This document shows, piece after piece, positions 57,318 through 64,000 of a DNA stretch of 64,000 bases. Within the stretch, counting starts at the first letter, position 1; each line of letters starts with the position of its first letter. The translations under genes were made by a program, and so were the position numbers. Origin of the DNA: Fusobacteriaceae bacterium (GTDB lineage: Bacteria > Fusobacteriota > Fusobacteriia > Fusobacteriales > Fusobacteriaceae); contig JBOFEZ010000139.1 in the NCBI GenBank assembly GCA_051648365.1, positions 759 to 64,758 of the forward strand, read 5' to 3'. The notes below the pieces were generated by a model. The model did not search any database, had not been told where the DNA came from, and saw nothing but the letters and a program-made list of their open reading frames with translations.

Positions 57318-58014
57318 TTACTTTTACTCCAATTTTTTTTATCATATCTTTTGCTGCTGCTTGCTCTGCAAGTTTTTTGTTTTTTCCCATCCCTCTACCT
57401 GAAATATCTATTCCAATTTTCACCACAATTTCAAAGATTTTCATATGGTCAGGACCCGATTCTGCAACAACCTCGTAAGTCGGAACTATTTTTTTCTCTT
57501 TTTGAGTATACTCTTGAAGTATCGTTTTATAGTCCAATATTTCATCGTTCGTATCAATATTATCTATCCAATATTTCATGTGTTTGAGGGCAACCTCTTT
57601 CACACCCTGAAAGTCTGAATCAAGGTATATTGCACCTAAAACAGCTTCAAAAACATCTCCTAAAATTGAAGTTCTTTCTCTTCCCCCTGTCATTTCCTCT
57701 CCTTTACTTAAAAGAAGAAACTCTCCCATGCATAAACCTTTAGAAACTCTAGCTAAAACTGGCTCACTTACTGCCATAGATTTTATTTTTGCCAATTCTC
57801 CTTCTGTCGAATTGGCAAAAATTTTATAAAGATATTCAGCAACAACAAGATCTAGAACTGCATCACCTAGCAGTTCTAGTCTCTCATTGTTTATATTTTT
57901 ATATTTCCAGTTTTCATTTCCGTAAGATCTATGAATAAGAGCATTTTTCAACAGTTTTTTATCTCTGAAACTATAACCTAGTCTTTCTTCCAGCTGTTTT
58001 ATATCTCTATTCAT
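57304..58014 (-). CDS. rnc: ribonuclease III
   Basis: 236 aa. NERLELLGDAVL signature and a C-terminal dsRBD (KKLAEQAAAKDMIKKI). Confidence 0.95.
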   Translation of the reverse strand: MNRDIKQLEERLGYSFRDKKLLKNALIHRSYGNENWKYKNINNERLELLGDAVLDLVVAEYLYKIFANSTEGELAKIKSMAVSEPVLARVSKGLCMGEFLLLSKGEEMTGGRERTSILGDVFEAVLGAIYLDSDFQGVKEVALKHMKYWIDNIDTNDEILDYKTILQEYTQKEKKIVPTYEVVAESGPDHMKIFEIVVKIGIDISGRGMGKNKKLAEQAAAKDMIKKIGVKVNEAL

Positions 58015-58028
58015 TTTTTCTCCCGATA

Positions 58029-59267
58029 TTATTTATATTTTTTCATAGCTATTACTGCATTATGTCCACCAAATCCTAAAGAATTTGAAAGTCCTACTTT
58101 TATCTCTTTTTTCACTAAATGGTTTGGCACATAATTAAGATCCAAATCAGGATCTGGATTGTCATAGTTTATTGTAGGTGGAACCACCTCTTCATAAATA
58201 GAAAGCGCTAGTATAGCTGCTTCTATTCCTCCTGCTGCTCCAAGTCCATGACCTGTTGCTCCCTTCGTAGATGAAACCAACAGTTCCTTTGCATGATCTC
58301 CAAAAACACTTTTTATAGCTGCAGTTTCATTTCTATCGTTAGCAGGAGTCGATGTTCCATGAGCATTGATATAATCAACTGCATTATAATCTACACCAGC
58401 TTCATCCAGAGCCATTTTCATAGCTCTAGCTCCTCCTTCTCCTCCTTCGGCTGGAGAAGTTATATGGTATGCATCACATGTCTCTCCATAACCTATTATC
58501 TCAGCATAAATTCTTGCCCCTCTTGCTTCCGCTGCTTCCATCTCTTCAAGAATAAGGACTCCAGCTCCTTCTCCCATAACAAACCCATCTCGGTCTGCTG
58601 TAAATGGTCTTGAAGCTTTTGTAGGATCATCATTTCTAGTAGAAAGTGCTTTCATGTTGGCAAAAGCATTTAGAGCAAAAGGTGTTATTGAAGCCTCTGT
58701 ACCTCCAGCTATCATTACATCTGCTCTTCCCATTTTTATAGCTTCAAAAGCATCTCCTACCGAGTTTGTTCCTGCTGCACATGCTGTAACAACCGCTTTA
58801 TTTATTCCTTTCGCTCCAAAGTATATCCCAACATTTCCTGCGGCCATGTTAGAAATCATAGCTGGAATTGTAAATGGCGATATTCTTTTCGGTCCTTTTT
58901 GAATCATTGAATAATATTGTTCTTCAAAGATTTCCATTCCACCAATACCTGAAGATATTATTGTTCCAACTTTTTCTGCATTTTCTTTTGTAATTTTGAA
59001 GTTAGCATCCTCTAATGCCATTTTTGTAGCTGCTATTGCAAACTGAGTATTTCTAGCTAATTTTTTTATCTCTTTTTTTTCAATTCCATAATCTGTTGGA
59101 TCAAAATTCTTTATCTCTGCCGCAATTTTTACCGGCATCTCTGTTGTATCAAAAGCCTCTATATAGCTTACTCCTGTTTCTCCAGCTTTTATTCTTTCCC
59201 AAGTTTTCTGAGCATTTGTTCCAAGGGCAGTTACCATTCCCAATCCTGTTACTACTACTCTTCTCAA
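58029..59267 (-). CDS. fabF: beta-ketoacyl-ACP synthase II
   Basis: RRVVVTGLG start, active-site ACAAG Cys and HGTSTP / GHGLGAAG His motifs. I place the start at TTG 59267, 5 nt after gggagg. The track's start lies inside that SD. Confidence 0.9.
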   Translation of the reverse strand: MRRVVVTGLGMVTALGTNAQKTWERIKAGETGVSYIEAFDTTEMPVKIAAEIKNFDPTDYGIEKKEIKKLARNTQFAIAATKMALEDANFKITKENAEKVGTIISSGIGGMEIFEEQYYSMIQKGPKRISPFTIPAMISNMAAGNVGIYFGAKGINKAVVTACAAGTNSVGDAFEAIKMGRADVMIAGGTEASITPFALNAFANMKALSTRNDDPTKASRPFTADRDGFVMGEGAGVLILEEMEAAEARGARIYAEIIGYGETCDAYHITSPAEGGEGGARAMKMALDEAGVDYNAVDYINAHGTSTPANDRNETAAIKSVFGDHAKELLVSSTKGATGHGLGAAGGIEAAILALSIYEEVVPPTINYDNPDPDLDLNYVPNHLVKKEIKVGLSNSLGFGGHNAVIAMKKYK

Positions 59268-59338
59268 AATAATACCTCCCAAATAATTTCTATTTTTTTA
59301 AAATTTATTATTAAATAAATACAAATAAAGGGGTATTT

Positions 59339-59359
59339 ACAATACCCCTTCTTTTTATC
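59339..59359 (-). terminator. hairpin between acpP and fabF (attenuator or partial terminator)
   Basis: 8-bp stem aggggtat/atacccct with a 5-nt loop. On the minus strand it is followed by uuauuuguauuu, a poor U-tract. Confidence 0.45.
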
Positions 59360-59361
59360 TA

Positions 59362-59586
59362 TTATTTGTGTGACTCAATGTAGTTTACTACATCTTTTAC
59401 AGTTTTGATTTTCTCTGCATCTGAATCAGGAATTTCAACTTCGAATTCTTCTTCGAAAGCCATTATTAACTCAACTGTATCTAGAGAGTCTGCTCCTAGG
59501 TCTTCTACAAAATTTGCATCAAGAGTTACCTGCTCTGCCTCTACACCTAATTGATCAACAACTATTTCTTTGATTTTATCTAACAT
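59362..59586 (-). CDS. acpP: acyl carrier protein
   Basis: 74 aa. The [11 protein letters not shown] phosphopantetheine attachment site. Confidence 0.95.
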   Translation of the reverse strand: MLDKIKEIVVDQLGVEAEQVTLDANFVEDLGADSLDTVELIMAFEEEFEVEIPDSDAEKIKTVKDVVNYIESHK

Positions 59587-59665
59587 TTTTTTCCTCCTAA
59601 ATATACTTTCTTTTTTATATTATAATTTTCCATTATAAACTTTTCTCTGAGCATTCTGTCTAATT

Positions 59666-60580
59666 TTACATTATATTTTCGAAATCTTCAAGCTTTTCTA
59701 TGTTTTTAACTATAATTTCTTTATCTATTTTTTTTATGAGACCTGCAACTACTTTTCCTGCTCCTACTTCATATATTTTTGTAACTCCTAGAGATTTCAG
59801 TTCTTTTATACTATCAACCCATTTAACAGGTCCGAAACTTTGAACATATATTTCTTCTACAATTTCTTCAGCAGTATTTATAGGTTTTCCTGTTGTGTTT
59901 GCTATAAGAGGAGTTTCAACATTTTCGAATCGGAATTTTCCAGCTTCTATTTTAAGTTTTGCTCCTGCAGGTTTCATGAGTGATGAGTGGAAAGGTCCTG
60001 ATACTGGAAGTAATATGGCACGTTTTGCTCCTGCTTCTTTTAGAATAACACAAGCCTCTTCTACAGCAGATTTTTGTCCCGCTATCACAGTCTGATTTGG
60101 TTCATTAAAATTTACAGCCTCTACAACACCTTCTATTGAAGAGATAATTTCTTTTATCTTATCCGCTTCTATTCCTATTACTGCTGCCATAGTTCCCTCT
60201 ACTTCTCCAGCTACTTCATTCATAGCTTTTCCTCTTGCTGCAGTAAGTTTTATTGTATCTTCTAAAGAAAGAAACCCTGCAGATCCTATTGCTGCATATT
60301 CTCCTACCGAATGTCCTGCAACGAAATCTGGTTTTATTCCTTTATCTCTAAGTAATCTCTCTAATACAAGGCTCATTGCCACTATTGCAGGCTGAGTATT
60401 CCTAGTTTGTCTGAGTTCCTCTTCTGGTCCTTCAAACATAATTTTTTTAAGATCAAAATCTAATTTATCAAAAATTTCATCAAAATATTTCTTTGCTATT
60501 TCATTATTTTCATAAAGTTCTTTTCCCATTCCAACATACTGAGAACCCTGGCCTGGAAAAACAAAAGCTATCTTAGACAT
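59666..60580 (-). CDS. fabD: ACP S-malonyltransferase
   Basis: 304 aa. FVFPGQGSQYVGMG and GHSVGEYAA motifs. Confidence 0.95.
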   Translation of the reverse strand: MSKIAFVFPGQGSQYVGMGKELYENNEIAKKYFDEIFDKLDFDLKKIMFEGPEEELRQTRNTQPAIVAMSLVLERLLRDKGIKPDFVAGHSVGEYAAIGSAGFLSLEDTIKLTAARGKAMNEVAGEVEGTMAAVIGIEADKIKEIISSIEGVVEAVNFNEPNQTVIAGQKSAVEEACVILKEAGAKRAILLPVSGPFHSSLMKPAGAKLKIEAGKFRFENVETPLIANTTGKPINTAEEIVEEIYVQSFGPVKWVDSIKELKSLGVTKIYEVGAGKVVAGLIKKIDKEIIVKNIEKLEDFENIM

Positions 60581-60596
60581 AAATCATCCTCCATTT

Positions 60597-60639
60597 ATTA
60601 CAGTTGTAATATTATATCATCGCACTTTCTTTCTGTCAA
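60597..60639 (-). promoter_or_regulatory. consensus internal promoter upstream of fabD with adjacent palindrome
   Basis: Minus strand reads TTGACA-17 nt-TATAAT (60639..60611), followed immediately by ATTACA-ac-TGTAAT (60610..60597). Confidence 0.55.
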
Positions 60640-60653
60640 ATTTTTATAAAAAC

Positions 60654-61643
60654 TTAATAAGCCCACTTCATAATAAGGGAACCAAATGTAAGGCCTCCTC
60701 CAAATCCTGTCATTGCCACCATATCACCTTTTTTTATAGCACCCTTTTCATAAGCTTCAGTTAGGGCTATTCCTATCGAAGCTGCTGAAGTGTTTCCATA
60801 CTTGTCAAGGTTAAGATAAAATTTTTCTACTGGAATTCCTAGTTTTTTTGAAGCTGCTTCAATTATTCTCACATTAGCTTGATGAGGTATAACTATATTG
60901 ATATCTTCTGCCTTAATTCCAGCTCTCTCCATGGCTATATTAGTCGATTTTGGCAGGGCTTTCACTGCAAATTTGAAAACCTCTTGACCCTTCATTCTTA
61001 TATATTGTTCTCTAGCTTCTATTCTCTCGTCATTCAAAGGATTTCTTGACCCTCCTGCTTTGATATGCAGAGTTTCAGTTATATCTCCATCTGCTCCAAG
61101 ATAGTTGGATAGTATACCAAAATCCTCTCCAACCTCTCCAACAACTGCTGCCGCAGCTCCATCTCCAAAGAGTATTGCTGTATTTCTATCCTGCATATCA
61201 GTTACTCTTGAAAGAGTTTCTGCTCCAATAACTAAAACCTTTTTGCTGGCTCCTGATTTCACAAGAGACTGAGCCAATACAAGAGCATAAATAAAACCAC
61301 TACAAGCCGCATTTATATCTATTGCTCCTGCATTTACAGCTCCTAGTTTCTTCTGAACTATACAAGATGTGCTCGGAGTTGGATAATCTGGAGTTATTGT
61401 TGCAAGAATTATCATATCCAATTCGCTAGCATCTATATTTGCATTTTTCAATGCTTGTTCTGCGGCTTTTAGGGAAAGATCTGATGTCGCTTCGTTTTCA
61501 GCTGCAAATCTTCTTTCCTCAACTCCTGTTCTTGTTCTTATCCACTCGTCAGTTGTATCTATGATTTTTTCGAAATCAAAATTTGTCATCACTTTTTCTG
61601 GTACATATTTTCCAATTCCTATAATTCCAACATTTTTAGACAT
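60654..61643 (-). CDS. fabH: beta-ketoacyl-ACP synthase III
   Basis: 329 aa. Active-site AACSGF Cys, the HQAN His and GNTSAAS Asn motifs. Confidence 0.95.
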   Translation of the reverse strand: MSKNVGIIGIGKYVPEKVMTNFDFEKIIDTTDEWIRTRTGVEERRFAAENEATSDLSLKAAEQALKNANIDASELDMIILATITPDYPTPSTSCIVQKKLGAVNAGAIDINAACSGFIYALVLAQSLVKSGASKKVLVIGAETLSRVTDMQDRNTAILFGDGAAAAVVGEVGEDFGILSNYLGADGDITETLHIKAGGSRNPLNDERIEAREQYIRMKGQEVFKFAVKALPKSTNIAMERAGIKAEDINIVIPHQANVRIIEAASKKLGIPVEKFYLNLDKYGNTSAASIGIALTEAYEKGAIKKGDMVAMTGFGGGLTFGSLIMKWAY

Positions 61644-62667
61644 TCTCTAGATCTCCTTCAACTTTTTTTTCAGATATTTTTTCCATTTCCGTTTTTATTT
61701 TTTCTACAAAATCTTCTTCAACAAATCTTTTAGCTGCTCGTATAGCATTTTTTATAGCCCTTTCATCAGATCCGCCATGAGCCTTTATCGATATATGATT
61801 TAAACCTAAAAATATAGCTCCGCCATATTCTGATGCATCCATTTTTTTTCTTAATTTACGGAATACACTTCTCAGAAAAAAAGCTCCGATTTTAAAAATA
61901 AAATCATTTCTTATCTCATTTTTCAAAAAATCTATTATGAATTTTGCTGTTCCTTCTGTAGATTTCAAAAGGATATTTCCTGTATATCCATCAGTTACAA
62001 TCACATCTACATCCCCATTCAACATCTTATGTGGTTCAATATTTCCCACAAAATTTATTTTCTTTTGATTTGAAAGAATATCGAAACTTGCTCTTGTAAG
62101 CTCATTTCCCTTTCCATCTTCACTTCCAATATTCAAAAGTCCAACTCTTGGATTTTTTATTCCTAAAAGAATTTCTGCGTACTTGCTTCCCAAAATAGCG
62201 AAGTGATCTAAAAATTCAGGTTTACAGTCCGAGTTAGCTCCAACATCAAGAACAACCATATGATCTTTTTTATTAGGGAAAACTGTTGCTATTGCAGGTC
62301 TTAAGACACCCTTTATTCTTTTTAACTTCAACTGACTTGCGGTTATTAAAGCACCCGTATTTCCAGCAGAAACTGCTGCAGAAGCCAAGTCTCTTTTCAC
62401 AAGTTCCAAAGTAACATTCATAGAAGAATCCTTCTTTCCTCTAACTGCTACAATAGGATCGTCTTCCATTTCTATTACTTCTGAGGCTTGATGAATTATT
62501 AATCTATTTTTATCGTACTTGTATTTTTCTAGTTCTTTCTCGAGTTTATTCTTCTGTCCTACAAGAATAAGCTCTATATCCTTAAACTCTTCCAAAGCAA
62601 GAATAGCACCTTTAACGGTAGCGTAAGGAGCATTATCTCCCCCCATTGCATCTAGAGCAATTTTCAT
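61636..62667 (-). CDS. plsX: phosphate acyltransferase
   Basis: MKIALDAMGGDNAP start. ATG 62667 is preceded by ggagga. The track's upstream ATG lies inside that SD. 8-nt overlap with fabH. Confidence 0.9.
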   Translation of the reverse strand: MKIALDAMGGDNAPYATVKGAILALEEFKDIELILVGQKNKLEKELEKYKYDKNRLIIHQASEVIEMEDDPIVAVRGKKDSSMNVTLELVKRDLASAAVSAGNTGALITASQLKLKRIKGVLRPAIATVFPNKKDHMVVLDVGANSDCKPEFLDHFAILGSKYAEILLGIKNPRVGLLNIGSEDGKGNELTRASFDILSNQKKINFVGNIEPHKMLNGDVDVIVTDGYTGNILLKSTEGTAKFIIDFLKNEIRNDFIFKIGAFFLRSVFRKLRKKMDASEYGGAIFLGLNHISIKAHGGSDERAIKNAIRAAKRFVEEDFVEKIKTEMEKISEKKVEGDLENV

Positions 62668-62713
62668 CTCTTTTTCCTCCATATAGAAAATTTTAATAGA
62701 ATACCTATATTTT

Positions 62714-62743
62714 ATTTTACCATATGCCCGAATAGTATTACAA
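62714..62743 (-). promoter_or_regulatory. extended -10 promoter for plsX-fab operon
   Basis: Minus strand reads TTGTAA-18 nt-(TGg)TAAAAT. Confidence 0.45.
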
Positions 62744-62749
62744 CAGTAA

Positions 62750-62786
62750 ATAAAAAGAGGCAGATTTATCTGCCTCTTTTTATTTT
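62750..62786 (-). terminator. intrinsic terminator after rpmF
   Basis: 8-bp stem gaggcaga/tctgcctc with loop ttta, flanked by A5 and T5 runs. Confidence 0.75.
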
Positions 62787-62801
62787 TTAATTTTTAGTTG
62801 A

Positions 62802-62981
62802 TTACTCAGCTGTTTTTAGTACTTGTCTTCCGTTGTAATCTCCACACTCAAGACACACTCTGTGTGGTCTTCTTGGAGCTCCACACTTAGCACAAGTCGC
62901 TAAACCTGTTGCTGTTAAAGCATGGTGAGATCTTCTCATATTCTTTTTCGCTTTTGATGTTTTCTTTTTAGGTACTGCCAT
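62802..62981 (-). CDS. rpmF: 50S ribosomal protein L32 (not in the ORF track; 59 aa)
   Basis: Hand translation of the minus strand gives [61 protein letters not shown] aggagg lies 8 nt upstream and the stop is TAA at 62804..62802. Canonical position between yceD and plsX. Confidence 0.9.
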   Translation of the reverse strand: MAVPKKKTSKAKKNMRRSHHALTATGLATCAKCGAPRRPHRVCLECGDYNGRQVLKTAE

Positions 62982-63010
62982 TTTCTATTACCTCCTAATC
63001 TGTTTAAAGG

Positions 63011-63511
63011 TTAATCCTTAATCTCTAATAATTTAGCCCATCTAGAATCAATCGTTTCTTCAGTATATTTTTTTATCTCAGAATCATCTTCACAAGATGG
63101 CTTACATGCAGGGTAACTATCCATATTCAAAATTAGCTCTTGCCTTACAAGGTCAGATATATTTATCTCTCCGTTATCAGCTTGTTCTATCCCTTCTGAA
63201 TCTAGTTCGCTCTCCTCTTTAAGCTCTTTTATATATTCTAAATACTCTCTTGGCTCTAAAAAATTCCATATGAAATTTCCTGAAATATCCTGGGCAATCT
63301 CTTTAAGACATCTAACACACTGAACTTTTACTTCCGTTGTATAAGCTCCTGATATTTGATAAATTGTTCCAACTCCTATTTTTTCAAACTTGGATAATTC
63401 CAAAGAAAGTTCTACAGGATTAGTAATTATTACCCCATCTATCGCTTCTACATCTAAAGATATTTTATCAACATGTTGATTAGCTCCGAAATCTTGAATT
63501 TTGAGTTTCAA
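63011..63511 (-). CDS. yceD: YceD (DUF177) family ribosome-maturation protein
   Basis: 166 aa, acidic, with CxxC ... C..C pattern (QCVRCLK, PACKPSC). TTG start after gggagg. Conserved yceD-rpmF pairing. Confidence 0.8.
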   Translation of the reverse strand: MKLKIQDFGANQHVDKISLDVEAIDGVIITNPVELSLELSKFEKIGVGTIYQISGAYTTEVKVQCVRCLKEIAQDISGNFIWNFLEPREYLEYIKELKEESELDSEGIEQADNGEINISDLVRQELILNMDSYPACKPSCEDDSEIKKYTEETIDSRWAKLLEIKD

Positions 63512-63542
63512 AGATAACCTCCCTTATAATATTCACTTAGGT

Positions 63543-63571
63543 ATTTTACAAAAAAAAACACGTTTTGTCAA
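63543..63571 (-). promoter_or_regulatory. consensus sigma70 promoter for yceD-rpmF
   Basis: Minus strand reads TTGACA-17 nt-TAAAAT. Confidence 0.6.
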
Positions 63572-63608
63572 GTAAATTTTATTAACAAAAAGATTGCACA
63601 CACTATTT

Positions 63609-64000
63609 TTATACATTAAATAGGAATTCCATTAAATCTCCATCTTTTACTATGTACTCTTTTCCTTCTAGTCTAAGAGTCCCTGCTTCCTGTGAACCTT
63701 TCCAACCAGAATATTTAATAAAATCTTCATAAGCTACTACCTTAGCTCGAATAAATCCTTTTTCAAAGTCTGTGTGGATCTCTCCGGCAGCTTTAGGTGC
63801 TGTATCTCCTATTCTTATTGTCCAAGCTCTAACTTCTTTAACACCAGCTGTAAAGTATGTTTGAAGTCCAAGAAGTTTATATCCGGCTCTTATCAATCTA
63901 TTAAGACCAGCCTCTTCTACTCCCAAAGCCTCTAAAAATTCTTTTTTAGATTCTTCGTCATCCATTTCTTGAAGTTCTGCTTCAACTTTAGCTGAAACTA
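63609..64000 (-). CDS. ychF: redox-regulated ATPase YchF (C-terminal part; gene continues beyond the window)
   Basis: The reading frame is open to the window edge. C-terminal TGS-like domain [49 protein letters not shown] is typical of YchF/Ola1. The track's Met at 63965 is internal. Confidence 0.85.
   Translation of the reverse strand, partial: VSAKVEAELQEMDDEESKKEFLEALGVEEAGLNRLIRAGYKLLGLQTYFTAGVKEVRAWTIRIGDTAPKAAGEIHTDFEKGFIRAKVVAYEDFIKYSGWKGSQEAGTLRLEGKEYIVKDGDLMEFLFNV

Noticed and set aside
57048-57587. 179-aa + strand ORF antisense to the radical SAM and rnc genes. Similar long antisense ORFs lie at 29749..30201, 13181..13594, 16945..17328, 50955..51383, 33975..34283 and 36231..36503.
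   Set aside because: Same reasoning. They are mirror images of well-supported genes, have hydrophobic or low-complexity translations, and have no ribosome-binding sites.
1-64000. I searched by eye for CRISPR repeats, IS elements or terminal inverted repeats, integrases, tRNA or rRNA genes, and compositionally foreign islands.
   Set aside because: None was seen. Intergenic regions are short and AT-rich and are accounted for by promoters and terminators. The only repeat family is the BMP gene triplication.

Overview
AT-rich (about 30% G+C by eye, not computed), densely coded chromosomal window. About 55 of 66 genes lie on the minus strand. The gene content fits a Fusobacteriota-type diderm. 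It has outer-membrane functions (LptD-like protein, Tsx, TolC/RND, heptose nucleotidyltransferase) next to Firmicute-like housekeeping genes (DisA-RadA, TmcAL, CoaX, YigZ, yceD-rpmF-plsX-fab cluster). I saw no rRNA, tRNA, CRISPR array, transposase or integrase. Most of the window is core metabolism, translation and tRNA modification. Several ORF-track entries carry N-terminal extensions whose first 'start' lies inside the real Shine-Dalgarno sequence; I trimmed those. One real gene below the track's size cutoff was added: rpmF, 59 aa, 62802..62981. The features most worth follow-up are: (1) A canonical three-way-junction purine (guanine-class) riboswitch with its own perfect sigma70 promoter and intrinsic terminator. 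It lies upstream of a Tsx outer-membrane nucleoside channel and heads a roughly 9-kb nucleoside-scavenging block: tsx, three tandem BMP lipoprotein paralogs, then pdp-deoC-deoB-deoD-cdd. No ABC permease or ATPase is present in this block. (2) A TolC-family outer-membrane factor carrying a roughly 300-aa N-terminal periplasmic-binding-protein-like domain, at the head of an RND efflux operon. (3) A self-contained two-gene operon of unassignable proteins (17378..18816) with its own consensus promoter and an inverted repeat around the -35. (4) A compact ECF sigma / anti-sigma / Spy-CpxP-like module. All calls come from reading the sequence and translations and recalling family motifs. No database search was run.
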